A DNA stretch of 64,000 nt from assembly GCA_963697335.1 (NCBI GenBank), contig CAVONQ010000003.1, positions 32,001-96,000 on the forward strand. The letters are read 5' to 3'. Within the stretch, counting starts at the first letter, position 1. Each line of letters starts with the position of its first letter. A program made the position numbers and the translations under genes. Positions 1 to 8,937 of the stretch are shown here, one piece after another. The notes under the pieces are model-generated. The model searched no databases and had not been told where the DNA came from. It saw nothing but the letters and a program-made list of their open reading frames with translations. The DNA is from an uncultured cyanobacterium (GTDB lineage: Bacteria; Cyanobacteriota; Cyanobacteriia; PCC-6307; Cyanobiaceae).

Positions 1-131
1 GCATCGGGCGCGGCCGGGACCGCTGCCATCACCCTGCCCCATCGGCCAGCCATTGCACTTCCTTTCGCCAGCGGTGAATCCCGGCATCCAGTCAGCTCTG
101 TTGTGGTACCAAACTCAAAACAGGTGGCTGC

Positions 132-1676
132 ATGGGTTCTGCCCTCTTTCTGAGCATCGACCAGGGCACAACAAGTTCCCGGGCGGCGCTGTATGACCGC
201 CAGGGCCAGCAGGTGGCCTGCTGCGGCGCGCCCCTGGAGTGCCACTACCCGGCGGATGGCTGGGTGGAGCAGCACCCGGAGGCGATCTGGCAGAGCCAGC
301 TGGCCGCCCTGCAGCAGCTGGAGCAGTCGATCAGCCCGGAGCAGCGCCGCGCCGTGGCGGCCTGCGGGATCGCCAACCAGCGTGAAACCACCGTGCTCTG
401 GCGTCGGGGCACGGAGGAGCCCCTGGCCCCGGCGATCGTGTGGCAGGACGGCCGCACCGCCGCCCTCTGCGCCGCCTGGAAGCAGGAGGGGCTGGAAGCC
501 ACCATCCGCCAGCGCACCGGCCTGCTGGTGGATCCCTACTTCAGTGCCAGCAAGATTGTGTGGCTGCTGCGGGAGCTGCCGGCGGCGGCGGCGGCAGCGG
601 CGGCCGGGGAGCTGTGTTTCGGCACCGTGGACAGCTGGCTGCTGTGGCGGCTGTGCGGACGCCATGCCACCGACTGCAGCAATGCCAGCCGCACCCTGCT
701 GATGGACCTGGAGCAGCTGCGCTGGGATCTCGACCTCGCCTCCAGCCTGGGGGTGCCGCCGGACGCCCTGCCGGAACTGCTGCCGAGCCAGGCCGCCTTC
801 GGCACGATCGCGGCGGGGCTGCCCTTCGCCGGCGTGCCGATCACGGCGGTGCTGGGGGATCAGCAGGCCGCCACCCTGGGCCAGAGTTGCCTGGCCAGCG
901 GCGAGGGCAAGTGCACCTACGGCACCGGCGCCTTCCTGGTGATCAACACCGGCGCCACGATCCAGCGCTCCGACGCCGGCCTGCTCAGCACCGTCGGCTG
1001 GACCGACGCCTCTGGCCGCCCCACCTACTGCCTCGAGGGCAGCCTCTTCAATGCCGGCACCGCCATTCAGTGGCTGCGCGACGGTCTGAAGCTGATCGAG
1101 CGCTCCGACCAGGTGAACGCCCTGGCCGCCAGCTGCAGCAGCAGCGGCGGCGTGATGCTGGTGCCCGCCTTCACCGGCTGGGGTACGCCTCACTGGGATC
1201 CGGCGGCCCGGGGCCTGCTGATCGGCCTCAGCCGTGACACCGGTCCGGCCCAGCTCGCCCGGGCCACCCTGGAGGGCATCGCCCTGGCGGTGGCCACCCT
1301 GGTGGAGCTGGCCGAAGAGGCCCTGGGCGAGCCCCTGCAGGAGCTCGCCGCCGATGGCGGGGCGGCAGCGGCCGATCTGCTGCTCCAGGCCCAGGCCGAT
1401 GCCACCGGCCTGCCGGTGCGGCGCCGGGCCGACCTGGAGAGCACGGCGCGGGGGGTGGCCCTGCTGGCCGGGGTACAGGTTGGAGAGCTGGAGGGCCTGG
1501 GCGCCTGGAGCGACCTGGTCGGGGCCCCCGGTGCCCGGCGCTTCGAGCCCGCGATCAGCCCGGAGCAGCGCCAACATCGGCAGCAGCGCTGGCGGTCCGC
1601 CGTGGAGCGCAGCCTGCACTGGCATGAACCCGACCTGCAGCAGGCCCAAATGGTGTCCCCTTCTGGAGCAACCTGA
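132..1676 (+). CDS. glpK: Glycerol kinase
   Basis: FGGY kinase motifs IDQGTTSSRA, NQRETT, WQDGRT, DPYFSASK, GDQQAA, KCTYGTGAF; stop overlaps the glpD start (TGATG). Confidence 0.95.
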   Translation: MGSALFLSIDQGTTSSRAALYDRQGQQVACCGAPLECHYPADGWVEQHPEAIWQSQLAALQQLEQSISPEQRRAVAACGIANQRETTVLWRRGTEEPLAPAIVWQDGRTAALCAAWKQEGLEATIRQRTGLLVDPYFSASKIVWLLRELPAAAAAAAAGELCFGTVDSWLLWRLCGRHATDCSNASRTLLMDLEQLRWDLDLASSLGVPPDALPELLPSQAAFGTIAAGLPFAGVPITAVLGDQQAATLGQSCLASGEGKCTYGTGAFLVINTGATIQRSDAGLLSTVGWTDASGRPTYCLEGSLFNAGTAIQWLRDGLKLIERSDQVNALAASCSSSGGVMLVPAFTGWGTPHWDPAARGLLIGLSRDTGPAQLARATLEGIALAVATLVELAEEALGEPLQELAADGGAAAADLLLQAQADATGLPVRRRADLESTARGVALLAGVQVGELEGLGAWSDLVGAPGARRFEPAISPEQRQHRQQRWRSAVERSLHWHEPDLQQAQMVSPSGAT

Positions 1677-3220
1677 TGACAGTGGATCTGCTCGTGATCG
1701 GTGGCGGGGCCACCGGGTCCAGCGTGGCACTTGAGGCCGCGCGCCGCGGCCTCTCGGTGACCCTCGTGGAGGCGGGCGACATCGCCCAGGGCACCAGCAG
1801 CCGCAGCACCAAGCTGCTGCACGGCGGCGTGCGCTATCTGGAACTGGCCTTCCGCCGGCTGGACTGGCGCCAGCTGCAGCTGGTGCGGGAGGCACTGGGG
1901 GAACGGGGCCACTGGCTGGAGGCGGTGCCGTTTCTCGCCCACCGGCTAGAGCTGCTGCTGCCTACGGCCGGCTTCATCCAGCAGGCCTACTACGGCATCG
2001 GCCTGGGGCTCTACGACCTGCTGGCCGGGCGCCGCGGCATCGGCGCCAGCCGCTGGCTGGCCCGCGGGGCCGTGCAGCAGCAGTTGCCTGAGCTGGCTCC
2101 AGGCTACAGCGGTGTGGCCTACAGCGATGGCCAGTTCGACGATGCCCGGCTCAACCTGCTGATCGCCCGCACCGCAGCGGGCCTGGGTGTGAGCGTGCAC
2201 ACCCGCACCCGGGTGGTGGAGCTGCTGCGCCAGCAGGGCCGCCTCAGCGGCGCGGTCGTGGAAGACCTGCAGACGGGGGAGCGCCGCGAGCTGCAGGCAC
2301 GGGTGGTGCTGAACGCCACCGGCATCGGCGCCGACGCGATCCGCCGCATGGCCGATCCCGACCAGGGTCCGCGGCTGCAGGCCAGCCGGGGCATCCACCT
2401 GGTGCTGAAGGGAAACCTCTGCCCCGGCGGCACCGGCCTGTTGATTCCCGCCACCGACGACGGCCGGGTGCTGTTCCTGCTGCCGTTCTTCGGCCGCACC
2501 CTGGTGGGCACCACCGACACCCCCTGCCCGGTCGGGGAGGCCAACACCCCCAGCCCCGAGGAGGAGGCCTACCTGCTGAGCTACGTACGGCGCTGGTTCC
2601 CCCAGCACGGAGAGCCGCAGGTTTGCAGCCGCTGGGCCGGCGCCCGCCCCCTGCTGCGCCCGGCCAGCGCCGCCACCCCCGCTTCCGCGGGTGCAGCCCC
2701 GGAAACCTCCACCGTGGTGCGCGAGCACGAGGTGGAACAGCTGCCCTCCGGGCTGATCAGCGTGATGGGCGGCAAGTGGACCACCTGCCGCCCCATGGCC
2801 CTCGATGGCCTGAACGCCGTGGCAGCCCAGCTGGGCCGACCCCTGGCGGAGCCCGCCGGACCCACGCCGATCCTGGGGGCCGACGTGGACTCCGAGGTCA
2901 CCCGTCAGGGGCTGGCGGCCCTGGAGCAGCGCCTCGGCGCTGAGCACCCAGCGGCCCTGGTGCAGCATCTGCTGGCCAGCCATGGGTTAGAGGCCGAGGC
3001 GGTGCTCGCCTGCGCCGCCTCGCCCCAGGAGAGGGAACCCCTCAGCCCGGTGATTCCGCTCACCGCCGCGGAGGTGCGCCACGCCGTGCGCCACGAGTGG
3101 GCCCGCAGCAGCGACGACGTGCTCTGCCGCCGCTGCCGCCTCAGCTTCGTGGACAGCGCCGAGGCCGAACGGCTGCGGCCCGAGGTGCAACGGCTGCTGG
3201 ATCAGGAGCTGGCAGGCTGA
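1676..3220 (+). CDS. glpD: FAD-dependent glycerol-3-phosphate dehydrogenase/oxidase
   Basis: GGGATG FAD motif, GTSSRSTKLLHGGVRYL, DGQFDDARL, GGKWTT. Confidence 0.93.
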   Translation: MTVDLLVIGGGATGSSVALEAARRGLSVTLVEAGDIAQGTSSRSTKLLHGGVRYLELAFRRLDWRQLQLVREALGERGHWLEAVPFLAHRLELLLPTAGFIQQAYYGIGLGLYDLLAGRRGIGASRWLARGAVQQQLPELAPGYSGVAYSDGQFDDARLNLLIARTAAGLGVSVHTRTRVVELLRQQGRLSGAVVEDLQTGERRELQARVVLNATGIGADAIRRMADPDQGPRLQASRGIHLVLKGNLCPGGTGLLIPATDDGRVLFLLPFFGRTLVGTTDTPCPVGEANTPSPEEEAYLLSYVRRWFPQHGEPQVCSRWAGARPLLRPASAATPASAGAAPETSTVVREHEVEQLPSGLISVMGGKWTTCRPMALDGLNAVAAQLGRPLAEPAGPTPILGADVDSEVTRQGLAALEQRLGAEHPAALVQHLLASHGLEAEAVLACAASPQEREPLSPVIPLTAAEVRHAVRHEWARSSDDVLCRRCRLSFVDSAEAERLRPEVQRLLDQELAG

Positions 3221-4890
3221 GGCGGCTCGCTGGCCTCGGCCACCATCTCCATCTCGCCCACCAGCCACCAGAAGAAGCCGTAGGCGGGCAGGTAGATGAA
3301 CCAGCTGTCGCTCGCGGCAGGAAACTCACACCCTCCCACCACCTCGCGCATGCGGCTGCCCCGCCACTGATCCAGATCGAGCTGGGTGGAGGCGCCAGTG
3401 CCCGACACATTGGCCGCCACCACCATGGTCATGTCGGCGGTGCTGCGGGAGTAGCTCAACACAGAGGGGTGGTCGCTCTCCAGCAGCTGGAAATCCCCCA
3501 GCCGCAGGGCCGGCAACTGCTGGCGACTGGTGAGCATGCGGTGGTGCCAGTTGAGCAGGGAGCCGGAGAGCTGTTGCTGCACGGCCACGTTGACCACCCG
3601 ATAGTCGTAGCCGGGGGCAGTGATCGGTGGCAGCACCAGCAGGGGATCGGGCGCCGTGGAGAAGCCACCGTTGCGGTCCCGCGTCCAGGCCATCGGCGTG
3701 CGGTTGGCATCGCGGTCGCGCAGCCCGGGCCAGTCACCCATGCCCAGCTCGTCGCCGTAGTACAGGCAGGGGATGCCGGGCAGGCTGTAGATGAGGCTGT
3801 GCAGCAGGGTGTTGGGGCGTGGATCGCCGTTGAGCATCGGCGCCAGCCGACGGTTGATGCCCCAGTTCAGCCAGTGGCCCTCGGCGTTGGGAAAGCCGGT
3901 GCACACCGCCTCCACCACCGCATCGCTCACCAGGTGACCATCGCCCAGCCACAGCTCGTCGTGGTTGCGCAGGGGCAGGGCCCAGCGACAGCCCGGTACG
4001 GCGTTCTGGGCCTCGCGCAGGCAGGTGTAGAGCTGGTCGCAGCGCCCCTGGGCCACCGCCGCGAACAGGTGGGCGGTGAGGGCAAACTCAAAGGCCGCGT
4101 GCAGTTCCCCCTCCGCCAGGTAGGGAGCCGACTCCTGCACGGGCTGAATCGCCTCGGCCAGCAGCAGCACGTCGCGGCCGCAGGCATCCACCCGCTGCCG
4201 CACCCGCCGCAGGAAAGCGTGGGTCTCGGGCAGGCCCTCGCAGCGGCTGCCCTCCTCCTCGAACAGGAATGGCACCGCGTCGAGCCGGAAGCCGTCGATC
4301 CCCTGCTGCAGCCAGAAGTCCACCACCGCCAGCATCTCCTCCTGCACGGCCGGGTTGGCGTAGTTGAGGTCGGGCTGGTGGCGCAGGAAGCGGTGCAGGA
4401 AGTACTGGCCCGCCACCTCATCCCACTCCCAGTTGGAGCTCTCGTAGTGGCGGAACAGCACGGGGGCGTCGGCGTAGCAGTCGTCGCGATCCCGCCACAC
4501 GTAGAAGTCGCGCTCGGAGCTGCCGCTCGGCGCCCAGCGGGCCCGCTGGAACCAGGGGTGCAGCACGCTGGTGTGGTTGAGCACCAGATCGAGCACCACC
4601 TTGATGCCGAGCCGATGGGCCCGCTCCAGCAGCTGGCGCAGGTCGGCCAGGCAGCCCAGATCGGGATGGATGGCCTTGAAGTCGGTGATGTCGTAGCCGC
4701 CGTCCTTGAGCGGAGAGGGGTAGATCGGCGTCAGCCAGATCGCATCCACCCCCAGCCAGCTCAGATACGGCAACCTCTCCCTAATGCCGGCCAGATCGCC
4801 GATGCCATCACCGTTGGCATCGGCAAAGCTGCGCGGCAGCAACTGGTAGATCACACAGCCTTCCCACCAGTGCGCCACCGGATCAGGCAT
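3202..4890 (-). CDS. GH13 TreS-like alpha-glucosidase/glucosyltransferase (trehalose synthase family)
   Basis: DANGDGIGDL, DGGYDITDF, LVLNHTS, HQPDLN; catalytic motifs GFRLDAV, LLAE, RNHDE; start placed at MPDPVAHWW. Confidence 0.85.
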   Translation of the reverse strand: MPDPVAHWWEGCVIYQLLPRSFADANGDGIGDLAGIRERLPYLSWLGVDAIWLTPIYPSPLKDGGYDITDFKAIHPDLGCLADLRQLLERAHRLGIKVVLDLVLNHTSVLHPWFQRARWAPSGSSERDFYVWRDRDDCYADAPVLFRHYESSNWEWDEVAGQYFLHRFLRHQPDLNYANPAVQEEMLAVVDFWLQQGIDGFRLDAVPFLFEEEGSRCEGLPETHAFLRRVRQRVDACGRDVLLLAEAIQPVQESAPYLAEGELHAAFEFALTAHLFAAVAQGRCDQLYTCLREAQNAVPGCRWALPLRNHDELWLGDGHLVSDAVVEAVCTGFPNAEGHWLNWGINRRLAPMLNGDPRPNTLLHSLIYSLPGIPCLYYGDELGMGDWPGLRDRDANRTPMAWTRDRNGGFSTAPDPLLVLPPITAPGYDYRVVNVAVQQQLSGSLLNWHHRMLTSRQQLPALRLGDFQLLESDHPSVLSYSRSTADMTMVVAANVSGTGASTQLDLDQWRGSRMREVVGGCEFPAASDSWFIYLPAYGFFWWLVGEMEMVAEASEPPQPASS

Positions 4891-4959
4891 CAGGCATCCA
4901 GACCCTCTCGCTCTGTCTTGGTTTAGGCGCAAATGGCCGCCAGCGCCAGCACCCGGGCC

Positions 4960-5949
4960 TCAGCAGCGCAGCCCGCTGGCCTGCTGGAAGCGATGTTCGT
5001 GGCGCCGGTCCCAGCCCAGCTGCAGCGCGCTGGCGATCGGCTGGCTGCCGTCGCAGGTCCAGCGCAGCTCTCCGTGGGGGCTGCTGAGCGTGAGCTGCTG
5101 GCTGGCGCCGTGCCACTCGCGGCTGAGCACCCGCACCGGCAGGCCGCCCTCGGCCACCGGATGCAGGTGCTCGGGACGGATGCCCACCAGGGTGCCGTCC
5201 TGCATCGGCAGCAGGTTGATCTGGGGTCGGCCGATGAAGCGCGCCACCGCTACGTTGGCCGGCGTGCCATAGAGCTCCTGGGGGGTGCCGCACTGCTGCA
5301 GGCGCCCGTGCTGCAGCACGGCGATGCGGTCGGCGATGCCCATGGCCTCCTGCTGGTCGTGGGTCACATACACCACCGGGGCCTGGCTGCCGCAGAGGAT
5401 CGTGCGCAGCTGGGGGCGCAGCTCCTCCCGCAGCTGGGCATCGAGGTTGCTCATCGGTTCATCCAGCAGGAACACCCGCGGCTGGCGCAGCAGGGCCCGG
5501 GCCAGGGCCACCCGCTGGCGCTGGCCGCCCGAGAGGTCGGCGGGCCGTCGCTCGCGCTGATCCTCCAGCTGCAGCATGGCCAGCACCCGGGCGATCTCCT
5601 GCTGCCGCTGCTGCCGCGACACCCCCCGTAGCTCCATGCCCAGCGAGAGGTTGCGGGCCACGCTGAGGTGCGGGTAGAGGGCATAGCTCTGGAACACCAT
5701 CGCCACCTGGCGCCGCCCCGCCGGCAGGGCGGTGATGTCGCGCTCGCCCAGCAGGATGCGGCCGCCATCGGGCTGATCGAGGCCGGCGATCAGCCGCAGG
5801 ATCGTGCTCTTGCCGCAGCCGCTCGGCCCCAGCAAGGCCACACACTCGCCCGGCTCCACCCGCAGGTCGATGCCCGCCAGGATCGCGCGTTGGCCGAGGC
5901 GGCGTTCCAGGCCTTCGAGGCGCAGGGCGGGGGCTGGTGCGCTGCTCAT
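4960..5949 (-). CDS. ggtA: Sugar/glucosylglycerol ABC transporter ATP-binding subunit
   Basis: GPSGCGKST, VFQSYALYPH, LSGGQRQR, LLDEP, YVTHDQ; ATG overlaps the upstream stop (ATGA); symbol from context. Confidence 0.85.
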   Translation of the reverse strand: MSSAPAPALRLEGLERRLGQRAILAGIDLRVEPGECVALLGPSGCGKSTILRLIAGLDQPDGGRILLGERDITALPAGRRQVAMVFQSYALYPHLSVARNLSLGMELRGVSRQQRQQEIARVLAMLQLEDQRERRPADLSGGQRQRVALARALLRQPRVFLLDEPMSNLDAQLREELRPQLRTILCGSQAPVVYVTHDQQEAMGIADRIAVLQHGRLQQCGTPQELYGTPANVAVARFIGRPQINLLPMQDGTLVGIRPEHLHPVAEGGLPVRVLSREWHGASQQLTLSSPHGELRWTCDGSQPIASALQLGWDRRHEHRFQQASGLRC

Positions 5950-6782
5950 CCCTTGATCGCTCCCTGGGTGAGGCCGGCCACGATCTGGCGCTGGAACAGC
6001 AGCAGCAGGGCCAGCAGCGGCACGCTGCCCAGCACGGTGGCGGCGGCGAAGGCGCCGTAGGGCACCGTAAACACCGAGGAGCCGGCGATGCGGGCCATGG
6101 CGGGCGCCAGGGTGAGCAGCTCGCTGCGGCTGAGCCAGGTGAGGGCGATCGGAAACTCGTTCCAGCTGAACAGGAACACCAGCAGCGCCGTGCTCACCAC
6201 CGATGGCCCCATCAGCGGCAGCAGGATCCAGCGCAGCCGCTGCCAGAGGCTGAAGCCCTCCAGCACAGCGTTCTCCTCCAGCTCCCGCGGCAGCTCCGAG
6301 AAGGCCGCCTGCAGCAGCAGCAAGGCCAGGGGCAGGGACAGGCCGGCGTAGGGCAAGCACAGGGCCAGCAGGTTGTTGGCCAGCCCCAGCTGCCGCGCCA
6401 CCTGCAGCAGGGCCAGGAACAGCAGCACGTAGGGAAACACCGCCGCCGCCAGCAGACCGCCGCCCACCAGCAGCCGCAGCAGGCCGCCGCGGCGGCTGAG
6501 GGCATAGGCACAGGGTATGGCGAGGGCGAGGGTGAGCAGGGTGCTCAGGGCCCCCACCACGGTGCTGTTGAGCAGGTAGCGCCAGAAGGGGGGATCACTG
6601 CCCAGCACGGCGCCGTAGTTGGCCAGAGTCCAGCCGCGGCCAAGGGCCGCCGCGCCGGCCAGCAGGGCCTCGGGGGTCCGCAGGGAGGTGTAGAGCTGCC
6701 AGAGCATGGGCGCCAGGCTCCAGACCAGCAACAGGACCACCAGGGCCAGACGGCCGCCGCGGGGCGAAGCGGCCTGGCTCAT
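5946..6782 (-). CDS. ggtD: Carbohydrate ABC transporter permease (MalG-like)
   Basis: TM helices, EAA loop ELEENAVLEG, FSWNEF; start MSQAAS by ATGA overlap. Confidence 0.85.
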   Translation of the reverse strand: MSQAASPRGGRLALVVLLLVWSLAPMLWQLYTSLRTPEALLAGAAALGRGWTLANYGAVLGSDPPFWRYLLNSTVVGALSTLLTLALAIPCAYALSRRGGLLRLLVGGGLLAAAVFPYVLLFLALLQVARQLGLANNLLALCLPYAGLSLPLALLLLQAAFSELPRELEENAVLEGFSLWQRLRWILLPLMGPSVVSTALLVFLFSWNEFPIALTWLSRSELLTLAPAMARIAGSSVFTVPYGAFAAATVLGSVPLLALLLLFQRQIVAGLTQGAIKG

Positions 6783-7648
6783 GCCGTGCCCTCCCGCCGC
6801 CGGCGCTGGCTGAGCACCAGGGCCAGGGCGCAGCCCAGCAGCAGGGCGAACATGCCCAGCATCACGGTGGCGCTGTAGCCGAAATCGAGAAAGCGCATGG
6901 CGTTCAGGTAGGCGTAGAGCGCCAGGCTCTCGGTGCTGCTGGCGGGGCCGCCGCCCGTGAGCACGGCCACCAGATCGAACACCCCCAGGGCCTGGGCCAG
7001 GCGGAACAGCAGCACGATGAAGATGTAGGGGCGCAGCAGCGGCAGGGTGATCCAGCGCAGGGCCTGCCAGGGGCGGCCACCCTCCAGGGCCAGGGCCTCG
7101 TAGAGATCGGCCGGGATGCTCTGCAGCCCGGCCAGCAGCAGCAGGGCCACGAAGGGGGTGGTTTTCCAGACATCGGCCAGCACCACCGCCATCCAGGCCA
7201 GCTGGGACGACGCCAGGAAGGGCAGGCTCGGCAGGCCGACGGTCTGCAGCAGGCCGTTGATGGGCCCGTTGGGGTCGTTGAAGATCCAGCGCCAGCCCAG
7301 GGCCATCACGGTGGTGGGCAGGGCCCAGGGCAGCAGGCTGAGGCTGCGCACCAGGCCCCGCCCCCGCCAGCGCTGATGCAGCAGCAGGGCGATGGCCAGC
7401 CCCAGCAGCAGCTCCAGCCCCACCGACACCACCGCGAAACGCAGGGTCTGGGCGGCGTCCTGCCAGAAGCGTCCATCGCCGAGCAGCCGCTGCCAGTTGG
7501 CCAGGCCCACCGGCACGGGCTCCAGGCCCGTGAACACCGACTGGGCCTGCAGGCTCAGCCAGGCGTAATCCAGGATCGGCCACACGAACACGGCCAACAA
7601 CAGCAGCAGCGCCGGGGCGATCAGCAGCAGGGTGAGGGCCGCACTCAT
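6779..7648 (-). CDS. ggtC: Carbohydrate ABC transporter permease (MalF-like)
   Basis: WKTTPF, GLQSIPADLYEALALEG, LTGGGP. Confidence 0.85.
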   Translation of the reverse strand: MSAALTLLLIAPALLLLLAVFVWPILDYAWLSLQAQSVFTGLEPVPVGLANWQRLLGDGRFWQDAAQTLRFAVVSVGLELLLGLAIALLLHQRWRGRGLVRSLSLLPWALPTTVMALGWRWIFNDPNGPINGLLQTVGLPSLPFLASSQLAWMAVVLADVWKTTPFVALLLLAGLQSIPADLYEALALEGGRPWQALRWITLPLLRPYIFIVLLFRLAQALGVFDLVAVLTGGGPASSTESLALYAYLNAMRFLDFGYSATVMLGMFALLLGCALALVLSQRRRREGTA

Positions 7649-8937
7649 CGCTGCGCCGCCTGACCGCTCGCCTCAAGGAGCTGCTCGCTGGCCCGGCCGG
7701 CCCGGCCCATCGCCAGGGCCGGCGCGCTGTCGCCGGTGATCACGCCACTGAGCTGGCGCTGCACGATGTCGCTGAGCTGGGCGTAGCCGGGGTTGATCGG
7801 CCGCAGCACCACGGCCTCCAGGGCCTGCTGGAGCACGGGCAACAAGGGGCGTTCGCGCACCAGGTCTGGGTCTTCGAACAGGGCGGTGAGGGTGGGGGTG
7901 TAGCCCCAGCGCCGCACCAGCTGGCGCTGGCTCTCGGCGCCGGTGAGGGCCTGCAGCGCCTGCACGGCCTCGGCGGGATGGGCCGTACCGGCCAGCACCG
8001 AGAGCCCCCAGCTGCCCTGGGTGGCACCGGGGGTCTGGCCGGGCTCGGCCACCATGGTGGAGACGCCCACCTTGCCGGCCACGGCGCTCTGGGGCCCCTG
8101 CAGCTCCTGCCAGGCGTAGGGCCAGTTGCGCATCAGGGCGGCGTCGCCGGCCTCGAAGCTCTGCAGGGCCTCGGGTTCGGCGAAATTGGCCACGGCGGCG
8201 GGGCTGACGCCCGTGTCGATCAGGGAGCGCATCCAGGCCGCGGCCTGATCGGCGGGGGGAGCCAGCAACCCCATGCCGGGCTGATCGGCCTGCCAGGAGC
8301 CGCCGAAGCCGTGCAGCACCTCCAGAAACACGCAGCTGAGGCCTTCGTACTGGCGGCCCTGCCACACGTAGCCCCAGCGCACCCGGCCCTGGTCCTGCAA
8401 CTGCCGGGACACGGCCACCAGCTCGGCGGGGCTGCGGGGCGGCTGGTCCATGAGGTCAGTGCGCCAGTAGAGCAGGCCCATGTCAGCCACCAGGGGCAGG
8501 CGCCACAGGCGGCCATCGATGCGGTTGCCGGCGCGGGCGCCGGGGGCCAGGGGCTCGAGGGCCTCGGCGCCGAGCCAGTCGTCGAGGGGCAGCAGCCAGC
8601 CCGCAGCGGCGTACTTGGCCGTCCAGGTGACATCCATCAGCAGCAGGTCGTAGGGGCTGTCCCCCAGCAGCAGGCTGCTGATCGCCAGATCCGACACCGA
8701 CTCGGTTTCAAACGGGCCCCGGGTCACGGCGATACGCAGATCGCGGTGATGGCGGTTGAAGGCCGCCACCTGCTCGGCGGTGGCATCGGCGAAGGGGGCG
8801 GGCATCAGCACCCGCACCGTGGTGGGCTGCTGCCCGGCGGCCAGGGTGCGCCAGCCGACACCCCCCCCGGCCAGGGCGACCAGGATCCCCAGCATCAGGC
8901 CGAGGGCCAGGAGCCAACGCCTGGAGGGAAAGCTCAA
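7645..8937 (-). CDS. ggtB: Carbohydrate ABC transporter substrate-binding protein
   Basis: N-terminal export signal (SRRWLL plus hydrophobic stretch), QYEGL, RNWPYAW; TTG start overlaps the ggpS stop. Confidence 0.85.
   Translation of the reverse strand: MSFPSRRWLLALGLMLGILVALAGGGVGWRTLAAGQQPTTVRVLMPAPFADATAEQVAAFNRHHRDLRIAVTRGPFETESVSDLAISSLLLGDSPYDLLLMDVTWTAKYAAAGWLLPLDDWLGAEALEPLAPGARAGNRIDGRLWRLPLVADMGLLYWRTDLMDQPPRSPAELVAVSRQLQDQGRVRWGYVWQGRQYEGLSCVFLEVLHGFGGSWQADQPGMGLLAPPADQAAAWMRSLIDTGVSPAAVANFAEPEALQSFEAGDAALMRNWPYAWQELQGPQSAVAGKVGVSTMVAEPGQTPGATQGSWGLSVLAGTAHPAEAVQALQALTGAESQRQLVRRWGYTPTLTALFEDPDLVRERPLLPVLQQALEAVVLRPINPGYAQLSDIVQRQLSGVITGDSAPALAMGRAGRASEQLLEASGQAAQR

Noticed and set aside
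4960..7676. Apparent long N-terminal extensions or fusions of ABC subunits (also in the mreB, ahcY, pfkB, gyrB and egtD track ORFs)
   Set aside because: Artefacts of taking the first possible start; internal starts with stop/start overlaps give normal-length proteins.
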